A stretch of 64,000 bases of DNA from Selaginella moellendorffii (taxonomy: Eukaryota; Plantae; Lycopodiophyta): assembly GCF_000143415.4 (NCBI RefSeq), contig NW_003314336.1:547296-611295 (forward strand). The letters run 5' to 3'. Of this stretch, positions 11,034 through 24,352 are shown piece after piece. Within the stretch, counting starts at the first letter, position 1, and every line of letters begins with the position of its first letter. A program made the position numbers and the translations under genes. The notes beneath the pieces were generated by a model. It searched no databases. It was not told the DNA's origin and was given only the letters and a program-made list of their open reading frames with translations.

Positions 11034-13130
11034 ATGGTTAAAATTTATCCTCCTCCTTTATTCTTCTCCATAGGAAATAAGGATTTAGGGTTTATGAGCA
11101 GAGTTATGGCGGTGAGCAGGAATACTATGGTGGCATTGCTTGGGGCGCTCCGGGAATGCCGCGATATCGATCGCGGCAAGCGATTGCACGATCAGGCAGC
11201 GAAATCTGGAAGTCTCGCCAGCATCAGGGTCGCCAGCAGTCTCATTGCCATGTACGCCAGATCCGGGAGCATGCCGGATGCCCGCAAGGTCTTTGATGCC
11301 ATTCCTTTCAAGAATGCGGTGCCCTGGACGGCGTTGATCCTGGGGTACGGCACGAATGGCTTGCCGGAGCTGGCTCTGGAGCTGTTTGAGAGGATGGATT
11401 GCCGGCCGGATGGGCGGGCGTTTCTCTCGGCGGTGGTGGCGTGCTCGAGTTTGGCAGAGCGAGAGGGATGCTCGAAGGATTTCCATGGGATGATCGTCAA
11501 GGTTGTCTCTCTGGAGAAAGGTATGGCTATTCATTCTAAAGTAGCGAAGTGTCGTGCGTTCTCATTTGATTTGTTCTTGGCAAGCTCGCTGATTGAGATG
11601 TACGCGAAGTGTGGCAGCGTGATGGATCTGCGGAGGGTGTTTGATAGAATGCCGCTACACGATGTGGTGTCCTGGACTGGATTGATTGGAGGATACGTGC
11701 AAAACAACGATCCGGAGTTAGCTCTGGAGCTCTTCGAACACATGCAAGTTGTGAGTTGCTGCTTTCCAAACTCGAGAACTTTTGTCGCTGTGCTCATGGC
11801 CTGTGGTCGTTTGGCAGTGAAGGATCATGGATCCAAACGAAAGCTCGCAGGAATGAAAGGAGTGGCGATTCATTCCCATGCCGCGGAGATGGGATTTGAG
11901 AAGGATGTCTACGTAGCGAGCTCGCTGGTGGACATGTACGCCAAGTGTGGCTGCCTGAGCGAAGCTGGTGCGGTCTTCGACAGGATCAATCGTCCCAATG
12001 CCGTCTCGTGGAACTCCTTGCTGATGGGATGCGTGGAAAACGGGGAGAACGAGCTTGCTCTCCAGCTTTTTCGAGAGATGAGGCAGCGGAGGAACTGTGC
12101 TCCAGACGATCGGGCTTTCGTCTCGGCACTGATGGCCTGCACAGGCATCGCAGCGAAGGAACAAGGCAAGGTGGTCGATGGAAAACTTGTGAAGCTGGGC
12201 TCTCTGAAGACCGGGATGGTTATCCACTGCCAAGCTTCCAAAAGTAACCTCGACTCTCACGGATACGTAGTGAGCACGCTGGTTGATACGTACTCGAGCT
12301 GTGGAAGCATGCTGGACGCTCGCCAGATCTTCGACAGGATGCCACAGCACGACTTGGTGGCCTGGAACGCTCTCATCCGGGGATACGCCGAGAACGGTGA
12401 GCCCGAGCTCGCGGTGGAGCTATACCGGGGGATGGAGAACCAAGGCTGTGCTCCGGACGGCCGGACGTTTCTAGCAGCACTGACGGCTTGCGGGAGCTTG
12501 GCAGCACTCGAAGCTGGTCGAAGGATCCACGACGACGTTCGTAGACACCGTGCCGAGAGTGATACGTTTGTGGCCAACGCGCTGATAGACTTCTACGGGA
12601 AGTGTGGCAGTCCGGTTGAGGCACAGGGCGTCTTCGACTCTATGGAAGGATCAACGAGGAACTTGGTGACTTGGAGTGCTCTCATCTCGGGATACAGCCG
12701 CCAGGGAGATAGCCGCAGGGTGTTTGATCTCTTCCAGGCAATGCAGCAGCAACGCATCCAGCCGGATGGGATAACTCTCGCGTCGGTTCTCACGGCTTGC
12801 AGCCATGCCGGGCTGGCCGACCAAGGGAAGCTCCTGCTCGAGACGATGGTGCCGAGATTTGGCATCGCTCCCGACGTTGGTCACTACAATTGCGTGGTGG
12901 ACATGCTGGGACGGGCAAATCGTCTGGACGAGGCAGTGAAGGTGGCGACCACGATGCCGTTTGAAGCAAACGCTGTGACTTGGAAGACTGTGCTGGGTGC
13001 TTGTCACAAGTGGAACAACGTAGAAGTTGCCCGCCTTGCTTTCCAGTCCCTGGAGCGCCTGGAGGGGAGAGCTGATGCGTCGAGCCTGGTGCTTTTCGGG
13101 AATATAGTCGGCTGTGAGACACCAAGATAG
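11034..13130 (+). CDS. PLS-class pentatricopeptide repeat protein with (partial) E domain
   Basis: Intronless 698-aa ORF with repeated SSLIxMYAKCG..A..VFD.M...DVVSW motifs; ends ACSHAGL...HYNCVVDMLGRA...MPFE...W.T.LGAC; no DYW domain; true start may be 11094. Confidence 0.95.
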   Translation: MVKIYPPPLFFSIGNKDLGFMSRVMAVSRNTMVALLGALRECRDIDRGKRLHDQAAKSGSLASIRVASSLIAMYARSGSMPDARKVFDAIPFKNAVPWTALILGYGTNGLPELALELFERMDCRPDGRAFLSAVVACSSLAEREGCSKDFHGMIVKVVSLEKGMAIHSKVAKCRAFSFDLFLASSLIEMYAKCGSVMDLRRVFDRMPLHDVVSWTGLIGGYVQNNDPELALELFEHMQVVSCCFPNSRTFVAVLMACGRLAVKDHGSKRKLAGMKGVAIHSHAAEMGFEKDVYVASSLVDMYAKCGCLSEAGAVFDRINRPNAVSWNSLLMGCVENGENELALQLFREMRQRRNCAPDDRAFVSALMACTGIAAKEQGKVVDGKLVKLGSLKTGMVIHCQASKSNLDSHGYVVSTLVDTYSSCGSMLDARQIFDRMPQHDLVAWNALIRGYAENGEPELAVELYRGMENQGCAPDGRTFLAALTACGSLAALEAGRRIHDDVRRHRAESDTFVANALIDFYGKCGSPVEAQGVFDSMEGSTRNLVTWSALISGYSRQGDSRRVFDLFQAMQQQRIQPDGITLASVLTACSHAGLADQGKLLLETMVPRFGIAPDVGHYNCVVDMLGRANRLDEAVKVATTMPFEANAVTWKTVLGACHKWNNVEVARLAFQSLERLEGRADASSLVLFGNIVGCETPR

Positions 13131-13149
13131 CTGGAGGAGATGCCAAACT

Positions 13150-13600
13150 TCTGAGCGAGAGTAAGTTCGAGTGGCAGCCGTGAGAATGGAGAGAAAAGCT
13201 GAGAAGAACTCGAGCTATACTGCCACTGTTCTTCATAGCCGAAGCTCGGATATCACCAGAAGTATGACCGACGGTCACTGGGTCTTCGACAAGAATGACG
13301 AGCAGGAATATGGTGTCCGAGACAACCTTCGAGCTCTTTGAAGTCATTTCACCACCTTGCCGAACGTCGCTAGAGCGGTACAAGCTTTCAATACGGCGAC
13401 GAAGGCTCCGCATCCGGGACAAGCAGCAAAGGTCGCTCTCCATCGCCGAGCTGAGATCGCAGACGCCCGGGAGACCACATCTCGGTTTGGCATTCTCTTC
13501 CGGAGCTCCAAAGCTACTACCAGTACAAGAGCTGCAGCTTGCTCCTGGAAGCCTGTTTGTGGATCTCTTTGCCTTAGTGGTGCGCATGAGCAAGGGACCT
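13150..13600 (-). pseudogene. Degenerate PPR gene fragment
   Basis: Minus-strand remnants GKEIHKQASRS, RMPNRDVVS and AFVAVLKACTALATFGKVV, similar to the adjacent PPR repeats. Confidence 0.55.
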
Positions 13601-13782
13601 ATGCTCGTGGCAGTATCTGGGAACTTTATAAAGAGGCTCAGGTGTCAAATCATCTGCTATGTATGGTTTCCCTGGCAATGTCAAAGGATTTGGCCAGAAG
13701 AGCTTGTGTGCTTTGCAAAAGAGAGAAGAAGAGAAGAGAAGCTTTCTCTTGATTTGAGTTTTGTAGCTATCACGTCATGGTT

Positions 13783-15150
13783 GTGAAGAGAAGCTAAACA
13801 CTCCTAGAGCAAGCAACAGCAAAGAATTATCTGAAAGAATTACCGTAGGTCCATGTTACCTCAGTTGCATACTTGCTACAAGGTCATGAAGCCAACTCGC
13901 CTCTTGTGCTACTCTGTCATTGATTGGAACCACAAAGCCTGTTAGAAGTCACACTTGAATTGTGTCTACACCTTCAACTGTTAATAAGCTATTACCCATT
14001 GCTCAACTCCAAAAATAGCTCATGGTTGAAAGTTCAGTGATTCGTTACTGCTAAATCTAGCCAAAGAAGGCTAGTGGTGTCCAAGTCTACTCCTTGAGCC
14101 ATCCATAACAAGCTGTTGGATGCAGCAGAAGAGTCTTCACCATTACCATTGTCTCGGCATTGACTCTTAAATGTGGTGCCACACTGAAGGAAGATCCACA
14201 TCTAACTTTCAACTTTGCCTCTCAGCATTGCTTCTTCATAGGACAATCCTTGCTTAGGTGCCTACGTTTTGCATGGTTTTTCCTCTGTGTTGTTGGAATG
14301 CTTGTTTCTAAGTTGATTAAAAATAATGAGTGCCCTTCTTGTGTTTGTTGATTGTCACAAGTCATAATGGCAATCCCTTCCTGCTCAGCAGTATTGCCTT
14401 TGCCTACAATGGTCTTCTTGTTCAGCAAAAATCTGCTACTGGGTGATGTTGGGAATTTTCTTGATATATTGAAAATGAAATTTCATGGCACAAGTTAAAA
14501 AAGATAACATTAAACTCTTGATCTATAACATGGCTAGAATCTCTTGGGCTAAAGCCTCCTCTTAAAGCTCTAATTGCCCTGGCATCTAGATCTTACAATT
14601 TGTATTGATTGATATCATCATTTTACCACTCATTATATTGATCAATGTTGTTATAAAGAAGGGCATTTTTTCATTCCAAGAGTCCCCACCTTGGAAACTT
14701 TGCCATCCTATCTTAATTTTAGACTTCCCAGGAGGTCATCAAGCCTAATATTATTTAAACTTAAAGAATATTTAATTTTAAGTATTTCAAAACCTTTAAT
14801 AGATTAGAAAAAAAGGTTTACTTTTGTTTATAGGCCTTTTATGAATAATTCTTTGAATCATTCTCTTTAATTGTTTATAATTATTTTTGTCAAAATTTTG
14901 TATTAAACTCTAATACCATGTGAAGAGAAGTTAGGCCCTTAGTCTAATTCTTTGAAGAAAGAGAGCTCCTAGAACAAACCTTTGAGATGGCTTTCAATAG
15001 CAAAGAAAACCAAAAATCCTGAACTAGAAGAATGCAATTTAAGCTATGTGGTTATACACCCATGTGGCTCTAACAATGGTGTGTGGAAACATGCATGTCT
15101 AGATTAAATGCCCCTTATGTGTAATTGACATCACTATTCACTTCTAGTGT
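13783..15150 (-). mobile_element. Degraded LTR-retrotransposon remnant (Copia-like gag)
   Basis: Zinc-knuckle-like HLSKDCP near 14250; PBS-like TGGTATTAGAG on the minus strand at ~14908-14918; TGTGAAGAGAAG repeated at 13783 and 14919. Confidence 0.4.
14712..14880 (-). mobile_element. Old, AT-eroded Cassandra-like (5S-domain) LTR
   Basis: GACTTCCCAGGAGGTCATCAAGCC matches the 5S-like block of the copies at 28748 and 47103. Confidence 0.6.
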
Positions 15151-15699
15151 TCAGATTTAAATATTTAGAAAAAAAGGAGTTATCTATTTTATATTTCATA
15201 AATAATTTAAAATAGAGGTATTTTAAGCTAAAATATCAAATATATTTGATAGATAAAGGTCAGATTATGGGCATAAACTTGAAAGCATGTTGGTTCAAAT
15301 TTTATGTATATTCTACTTTAACCTCAAAGAACCATCAATTAAATAAACAAAGCTACCTTTTAACCCATTTTTAAGACAATAATGCCATATACCATTAAAT
15401 GCTTCTCCTATATCATCATTGGTAAATGAATGTACTTTGCCTATCGTCATTCTAAAGGTTAATCTTCCTCTATTCTCATTATAAGTTAAGAGGATTTGTG
15501 ATTATTTTTAAAATGATTAATTAGTGCTAGATAAGCTTTTGTGAAAAGTTGGAAATTTATCATACTTCTACCTCTATACTCACAGCAAAATTGTGCTCTT
15601 CTTGAATATTTAGAAGATATAATAGAATTAGTAAAGGGAAACTTGTTTATGTTTTGCACATAATCATATTTTGACAAACATATATAAAAGTAAAAAACT

Positions 15700-16267
15700 T
15701 AACTTAGAAATATAGTAATATCTGAGAACTATGTAGATATATATGAAGTTTCCTGAAACCCTAAATTATTGCTAAACACTCATCTATTGTGGAGTAGTTC
15801 TGTAAGCAACTAAAAGGAACGACTCAAAAGATAATCTATAAAGGTTCAAATATGAAAGGAAAGGGGCCATGACACACTTGGGCTCTCTTGCATCAACACA
15901 CCTCCAAAATTAATATCAAAAGCATTCACATGGAAAATGAAAGGTCGAATGTAATTAGGATATGCCAAAACTAAAGGAGTCGTCAATAACTTTTTAAAAT
16001 CCGTAAACGCCCACTCACAATCTACAAACAAAATGAAAAATGACATTGATGACTTAAGCAATGTTTGCAACAGTGCAGTGAGATAAAAAAGATGATCAAC
16101 GAAATGACTGAGATATTGTACTTTGCCCAGGAAGTACTACTCATCATTTACACACTTCAGAATAAAGAATTTTAGAACAGCCATAAGTTTGTTATGATCA
16201 ACTTATAAACCTTCACGAGAAATACAATATCCAAGATAAGTCATGTACTTGGACCCAAACACCGGTT
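15700..16267 (-). mobile_element. Gypsy RNase H fragment (family of 59110-63610) with a 5' piece of Cassandra-like LTR at 15801-15872
   Basis: LLTTPLVLAYPNYIRPFIFHVNAFD matches ORF 61266-62345; continues at 24353-25040. Confidence 0.8.
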
Positions 16268-19200
16268 TGTCAGGAATCCCCAATTCTTGCCACATTCCTA
16301 ACTCTCACCAGATTCCTGACTTGCAGACCATATTCCTGACTCTTGAGACACTTCCCTATTCCTGACTCTTTGATTTCCCGTATGATTCCTAAGTCTTGAG
16401 CCACATTCCTGATGATGATGTGGCACCTCCTCGACCTTAGCTATATTTAGATTGTCCTCGATCCAAGAGTGGTGGTGTCGCGAATGTGATTTCGGGTATC
16501 GAAAGTTACCTATCAGCCAGTCCTTACGGACATTCTTACCTTACTGCCACGATGGCAAGAGGTCGGTATTGCTAGACCCTTTATTAGTCCCTTTTGTTCA
16601 AGTGTTAGTAAATTGAGTTTAACATCTGTACTTGGCCGGATGAGCATAAGGAAGAAATTCCTAAGTGTTTATTTAGTTGAGCATACTCGGCCCGGCTTGT
16701 TAGTTCTCTTTTGCTCTGTCTTGCACTGGCTTGACAAGAACCCTCGCGTATTGAGATTGGTCCCTCAATATTGCTACATGATAGTTTACCGTGTCTGCCA
16801 AACACCCTCGCTATCATGCCCTTTATGTTAGTCTTATTTCGGTCTCAAATGCTATTTATGGAAAGTGTCCAGATTTGCTTATTTGGCATATCTACGGAAT
16901 GTAGAGATTGACCTGAACACAATGGTGTTCGTCCCGTGTCCAAATTTGCAATCTAGCGCCATTCCATATTTAGTAAGTTTCGAGTTTGTCTTAGAGACTA
17001 ACTCCTGATACTAAGGGAGGCTTAGGGTGAAAGCCCAAAGCGTGTGTTCCTCAAGGGGGGGGAGGGGGGCTATGGGGGGTTCCAAATGTATAGTAGGGAT
17101 AGTGGGTAGGTTGGGCATGGCCGACCAACCTGAGGCATAGTCTAGCTCTCGCTTGCGTGCCTGTCCTTGTTCTGCATCCGGCTTGGGTCTAAGCCCAAGT
17201 TCCATTCTATGCTAGCTGGTGGAGTACCTATGTCTTTGTGTTAGGCCACCGGTATACTGAAATAATGCCAGACTCCATTTGGCTTCGTTTTGCGTGCTGG
17301 TCCTGGCATTGGGATGCTGGTTGCTCTAGGACTGTTCCAAATCACTCTGGGCTCCTATCCCTTTGCTCCTTGGGCTATATGCTCGGGAGTTGCTCCATGG
17401 TCCGATTCCAACACTCCTTGGCTCCATGTTTGGGAGTTTGGCACTGTTCCTTCGTTTAATGGCTCAAGGCCTTGAACCTCGGGTTTCACACCACATTCCT
17501 TTGGACACATGGCATGTGACACGTGGCATCTGTCACATGGCACAAAGAGGGTTTAGGTTTCACTTCGTGGTGTTATTTTATGGTAAATCACCATAGGATA
17601 AAGGGTAAAAACCATGTGTGCTACATTTGGTATCAGAGGATACGTCTCAGCGAGTATTATCTAATGAGATTGGGCAACTAGTCTCGTTGCATATGCAGAG
17701 ATGAATATGATGATCCGAGTGGGTACACATTTGGGTGCAAAGACTTCGGGTTATTTCCTTGGGTATAGATTTAGTTACCTTGTTGTACTTTATGATGTGA
17801 GCTTGTTCTTGGGCTCATAGGATGGATTGAGTTGTTCCAGTTGCACAAGTTGGAGCTTGGGCTCGTGAGTGAGGCACATAGCAACTCGAGGATACTCTTT
17901 GAGTTGGCAGGATTAATGTTAGCCTATCGTTGGTTTCGTGAGTTGTTCCATGTACTGTGAGTGAAAGTAAACTTTCCTTGGGTTTGTTATGAGTGGCAAA
18001 TATGTTAGACCATAGTTGTTTAGCATGGCACTAGTGGATCCTTTCTAGACATGATTACAAGTGGATCAATCAAGACTATAGGGGTTAATCTATTGATTCA
18101 AGTAATCATTGCCGTGCTCTCTCATAAACTTTTTCTTGGATTGGACTGAAGGCAGTGTGAACGCAAGCTTGAGGTTTAGTCAAAGATGAGACTGAAAATA
18201 GAGTTATCAAGAACAAAGGATCAAACACGTAAATCGTTTTCTTTTCTTGGAGAGATGGTTTGCAATGAGGTGTTAACTCATTGCTTGTATTCACATTATG
18301 CAATCAAGAGTCCCTATCTTGATGCATGTTGGTTATGATAGTCTTACAAGTGGTGAGTCATAGGATGGATAGTGGTGAAGCGCTATACCATTTTATCTAG
18401 GCTTGTTATTGAAAGACTTGGGTTGCAATGCTCAATTCTTTTTTGGGGAACCTTGCTATTGCTCCTTGAGTAGCTTAGTGTTGGATTAGTTTTGAGTTTG
18501 GTCGGAAAGAGAGTGGCATGAGTTTGTCCGTGTTGTGAACAAAAGTTAGTGGTGTTAAGTGTTGTAAATCTTTATCGGTGGGGTGTGGCATTTATGTTGC
18601 ATTTTGTCGAATCGAGTTAGCACTTGATAATCACATAAACCTTTGAAGTAGTGATACAACATTTCTCGTGGTGTTGCTCAATTGATGATCAAGTCATTGT
18701 GATTTCTATATCATATCTATATGGTAATGAGCAATATATTTATGAAGTTGCTTGGTTAAACGATGATCAACCCCAAAGTGGTTGATGGTGAAGCTAGTCT
18801 ACTTGCATGAAGTAGCATTATACTGGATTTCAATGGTGGTCCATTATGCTAAACTTGAGTGGTATGTTGTTTCCTTGAGAGTTTGCCTATAAAGTGTTAG
18901 AAAAGGGTTGTAGCATTCATTTGCTATAACTTATCGATTGATCCGTTAACACTTGGAGTAAGTTATTGGATGGAGAGTCATTAGCTAAGTCATTAGTTTT
19001 GGCATTATGAAGTTTAGCTTATGGATGTGTTGAGGAGGATATTGTGGGTTGCACCATTATTTCTTCTTTAGCATTGAAATTAGTTCATGTAAGACTCGTG
19101 ATTGTTGTTAGGCAAGACTTAGCTATAAACTTTTTCGAGATTTTGGTTCTTTGAGTTTTATGCTCATTGTTTCATTTGTTAGAAGTTGTTGGGGGAATGC

Positions 19201-22200
19201 ATTTCAACTTATTAGCTTCGATGTTGAAGTTGACTCTTGCATCTAGCAATCATTGGTGATGATTGACTATCATCTAGGATAGTTAATTATTCTTATCAAA
19301 AGAGTTTGCTTGATTATTGTTGATATAAAATGATTTACCGTTCTTCAGAATGGTGGATTCTTTCTTCAATGATGATTATGCACACATCTTTTTGATGGGA
19401 TGATTGATGATCTTTCATGATAGTTTGTGGTTCTCCTTGGTGGCTTATGGTTTTTCGCATTACTACATGTTCTTTGTGGTTTGCTCTAGATTGGTCTCTT
19501 GGGTTTAAGATATTGGTGAGATATTGATGACACTTGCTAAAGCAACTTTAGTTTCTTGGTGTTGTTGACTGGGATTTATTTAGATTAGCTAGTGTGATAA
19601 TTGGTATGAATGAGTGTTTGTTGGTCTTACCACATTCATTCTATTTTATTGATTGTTGCTCGAGTTAGTTTTGATAGATTTGGATGTTATTTCCTTTGGG
19701 TGATATATTCGCGAGTATTCTACTTGCCAGTCAATGATCCTTTATGTTCTTTGAGTTATCTTTCATAAGTTGTTTGGCATACTGTCTACCATCTTCGATA
19801 GTTAAACTTTATCATTGAGTTTCCTTGATGATAAACTTGCTATTGACTTTTGTTAGATGGTGATTCCTATGTTTACTAATTATGATGATCTTGGTGGTTC
19901 CTGCACTATACTTCTAAGTTATCGGATGATAACTTACTTGGAACATTTGTGTTTTAATCTAATATTTATTCACTGATAATTAAATCTCTAAGATATCATT
20001 GTTTATGACTTTGATATTGTCCATCTATTAATATTTGAACTTGGGCCAGTATAGGCAGACTGGCTTCGGCATTTCGTGTGCATGTTGAAATCTTTAGTCA
20101 TAGGGTAGCTACTGTCAACTGGTCACATCACCCGCCTCTTTATCGATGATCCTTATTCTGTTAAAAGGGTGTGACCGTGTAAACAACTCTAACTGCCTGT
20201 TTACAGTAGTCTATCTAAACCTTACCAACGGGTTTGGTTTCTTTGCTCAAGAGGGTTGGGTTCTCTCTGGCTTCTCTCTCTATGCCATTTGCGGGCAGGG
20301 GCATATCACGCTTTTGTAAGCTAGGTGACACCCAGAGCAGCAAGGGTGGCTGACTCTGTTGGTCATTTCCTTGTCAGCGACGGTCGGAAGGTGTCTAAGC
20401 TGGTAGCGCATCCGCGTTAGACAAAGAGGTTGCCTCCTAACTCATTTAAGTTGGTGCATTTCTCACATAGTGTGAATACCATGAACTTTTTCTGGAGTTG
20501 TTTCCTTGGCGGTATTCTAGACTGGAGTATGCATTGATGAGGATGTCAATCTTCCGTAGGAGGGGAGAGTGTCGCGAATGTGACTTCGGGTATCGAAAGT
20601 TACCTGTCGGCCAGTCCTTACAGACATTCTTACCTTACTGCCACGATAGCAAGAGGTCAGTATTGCTGGACCCTTTATTAGTCCCTCTTGTTCAAGTGTT
20701 AGTAAACTGGGCTTAACATCTGTACTTGGCCGGATGAGCATAAGGAAGAAATTCCTAAGTGTTTATTTAGTTGAGCATACTCGGCCCGGCTTGTTAGTTC
20801 TCTTTTGCTCTGTCTTGCACTGGCTTGATAAGAACCCTTGCATATTGAGATTGGTCCCTCAATATCGCTACATGATAGTTTACCGTGTCTGCCAAACACC
20901 CTCGCTATCATGCCCTTTATGTTAATCTCATTTCGGTCCCAAATACTATTTATGGAAAGTGTCCAGATTTGCTTATTTGGCATATTTACGGAATGTAGAG
21001 ATTGACTTGAACACAATGGTGTTTGTCCCGTGTCCAAATTCGCAATCTAACGCCATTCCATATTTAGTAAGTTTCGAGTTTGTCTCAGAGATTAACTCCT
21101 GATACTAAAGGAGGCTTCGGGTGAAAGCCCAAAGCGTGTGTTCCTCAGGGGGGGGGATATGGGGGGTTCCAAATGTATAGTAGGGATAGTGGGTAGGTTG
21201 GGCATGGCTGACCAACTTGAGGCATAGTTTAGCTCTCGCTTGCGTGCTTGTCTTTGTTCTGCATCCGGCTTGAGTCTAAGCCCAAGTTCCATTCTATGCT
21301 AGCTGGTGGAGTACTTATGTCCTTGCATTAGGCCACCGGTATGCCGAAATAGTGCTAGACTCCGTTTGGCTCTATTTTGTGTACTAGTCCTGGCATTGGG
21401 ATGTTGGTTGCTCTTGGACTGTTCCAAGTCGCTTCGGGCTCCTGTCCCTTGGGACACTGTCATGCCATTTGGCTTGACAAATGCTACAGCAGTTTTCCAA
21501 CACATGGTGAATGATGTCTTTTTGATCAGATGGTGATCGTCTACCTCGATGACATCCTCATCTATTCAAAAACTCAGGAGGAGCGCGATGAGCATGTGCG
21601 CAAGGTCCTGGCGAAGCTGTGGGAACACGGCCTATACGCGAAGCTTGAGAAATGTTCCTTCGATCAGGAGTCTATAGAGTTCCTTGGGTACATTGTCACT
21701 CACGATGGATTCTACCAAAGTCAAGACTATTCTCGAATGGGAGCCTCCACAATCAATGTCAGATGTTCAGGTTTTCCTTGGCTTCGCCAACTTCTAGCGC
21801 AAATTCATTGATCACTACTCTGACATTGTCCTTCCTCTCACGCATCTCACACGCAAGGATGTTCCCTTCTCTTGGTTTGCTGCTACCCAGCAGACATTTG
21901 ATACACTCAAGGTGGCCTTCAGTTTTGCTCCCGTCTTGATCCACGCTAATCCCTCACAACCTTTCTTCATCGAGGCTGATGCCTTCGACTTTGCCATCGG
22001 TGCTATGCTGTCTCAACTTGGAGCGGATCAAGAATTTCATCTGGTTGCTTTCCATTTGCGGAAATTCCAGCTTGCGGGAATCAATTACGAAATCCATGAT
22101 AAGGAGCTCCTTGCCATCGTGGATTCCTTTGGAGAATGGCATCATTTCTTGGAGGGGGCGGGCCATCAAACAACGGTCTGGATGTATTACAAAAATCTTG

Positions 22201-24352
22201 AATACTTTGCCACTTCCCGAGTTTTGAGCCGTTGTCAGGTAAGGTGGGCACAATTTTTGAGTCAGTTTGACTTTGTTATCAAGTACAAACCTGGAAAGCT
22301 TCAAGGCCTTCCTGATGCTCTTTCAAGGCGCTCCTATCTCAGTCTCAGGCATGGTAATCCTGCCTTCAATCAACAGGATCAGGTTATCCTCGGTCCTGAT
22401 CAGCTTCAAGTTATGGCAATTTCCCTAGCCCCTCAGGACTCCTCTTTGATGGATGCGATCAGAAACGATCTTCAATTCGATGACCTCGCCAGCGACATTT
22501 TCCCCCTTCTTCAAGCTGGACACCTAGTGACTCCTGATTGTCAGCGATTTGACGAGTTCGAGTTCTTAGATGGCTTGTTGTACCGTGGGGAGCAGTTTTA
22601 CGTTCCTGAAGGTGATGCTCAAAGGTTGGTCCTGATCGCGTGCCATAATAGCCATAAATGCTGGTCACTTTGGCATTGCAAAAGCCTATGAGCTGGTTTC
22701 ACGGGACTTTTGGTGGCCTCACATGGACGACTATATCAAAGCTTTTGTTACCTCTTGTGACTCTTGCGCCCAGAATAAGGTACCTTGTCACCTTCCTTTA
22801 GGTTTTCTTTGTTCCCTCCTGGTCCCTTCAGGTCCTTGGGAATCCATCTCCATGGATTTCTTGAGTGATCTTCCGAGTTCTGAAGGCTTCAACAGCATTT
22901 TAGTCGTGGTGGATTTCTTCACAAAGATGGCGCACTTCCTACTGTGTACGATGGAGTTTTTGGGCGAGGATATAGCAAAACTGGTATTCCGGGAAATTTT
23001 CTGACTTCATGGGATTCCTGTAGATGTGGTTTCGGATCGGGGACCTCAGTTCATCTCTTATTTCTGGCACGGTTCTTGCAGCTTCTTGGAGTGAAGGCCA
23101 ACCTCTCTTTGGTGTATCATCCTTAAACTGATGGACAGTTCGAGCAAACGATTCAGACGTTGGAACAATTCCTGAGGTGCTTCATCAACTATCATCAGGA
23201 TAACTAGTTTGATATCCTTCCCCTTGTTGAGTTCTCTTATAACAACTCTGTTCACTCCTCTCTTTGAGTTTCCCCCTTCTTTGCAAACTCTAGCCGAAAT
23301 CCTCAATTCAATCTCTCACTTCCTTCTCCATCTGAATCCTCTTGTTCAAATCCCCGCTCTAAGGAATTTGTCTCAAACCTCCAAGAAATCCACAACTCCA
23401 TCTCCTTCTACCTCCATCGTGCTCAGGAATCTCACAAAACATTTGCCAATGTCCATCGTCAGGATTGTCCCCCTTACAATATCGGGGATAAAGTCTGGCT
23501 CCTCAGGCGAAATATTTCCACCACCAGGCCATGTCCCAAACTTGATTTCAAACGCCTCGGTCCTTTCCCTATCACTTCCATCATTAATCCTGTCACTTAT
23601 TGCCTTGCACTTCCCTCCTCATATCAAATTCACCTTGTTTTTCACTCCTCTCTCCTTGAGCCTTATATTCCCAATTCTATTCCAAATTGGGTCATTCCTC
23701 CGCCTCCACTAGTATAGCTTGAAGATGGGTCTGAGTACGAGGTTTAGGACATCCTTGATTTCAAGATCTCACGGTCTAAACTCTACTATTTTCGACTGGA
23801 AGGGTTATAGACTTGTGGAACACATTTGGGAACCTGTGGACAACATGATTCATTCTCCTGACCTTGTTCAAGACTTCCACCACCGCTATCCTTCTCGTCC
23901 CAGTCCTCATTCTTTTTCTCCATCTCCCATCCTTCACTGCCCATTTTATCCTCCTCTTTGTTCTCATTCATGTCCTCATTCCACTTGTTCTTGAGGAGGG
24001 GGTGCTATCAGGAATCCCCCAATTCTTGCCTGACTCTTGCCGGATTCCTGACATGCAAACCACATTCCTGACTCTCAAGACATTCCTGACTCTCTAATTT
24101 CCCATACAAATCCTGAGTCTCGAGCCACATTCCTGATGATGATTGTGTTGCCTCCTTGACCTCAGCTATATTTAGGCCGTCCTCGATCCAAGAGTGGTGG
24201 AGCTTCATCAACCTATAGTATATATAAGTTAGCCTTGTTCCATTTCTCCACAATTTGAATCAATGCTAATCTAAGGCCTCTTCTTTGTTTCCACTAGCTT
24301 TTCTCTTTGTCTTCTGCATTTTCTAGTCTTGATCTTGTTGGGGGTCTTGACA
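16268..24352 (+). mobile_element. Chromoviral Ty3/Gypsy element (Tcn1-like), degenerate, 5' part deleted
   Basis: 5' LTR piece 16268-16475 matches 3' LTR 24006-24352 (preceded by PPT GAGGAGGGGG); RT YLDDILIYS at ~21540; RNase H EADAFDFAIGA/NYEIHDKELLAIV; integrase WESISMDF; chromodomain-like WKGY..HIWEP at ~23800. Confidence 0.9.
16476..21450 (+). mobile_element. LTR element with ~1.15-kb LTRs and non-coding ~2.9-kb interior, nested in the 5' LTR of the chromovirus
   Basis: 5' LTR 16476-17625 (TG...CA); PBS TGGTATCAGAG 17628-17638; PPT AGGAGGGGAGAG before the 3' LTR at 20570; 3' LTR truncated at ~21450. Confidence 0.9.

Noticed and set aside
8506-13007. Numerous antisense/alternate-frame ORFs over KPNB1 and the PPR gene
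   Set aside because: Shadow ORFs of GC-rich coding sequence
17005-17060. Hammerhead or twister ribozyme (retrozyme) in LTR
   Set aside because: CTGATAC does not fit the CUGANGA core and I could not build the required stems or pseudoknots; kept only as a hairpin module
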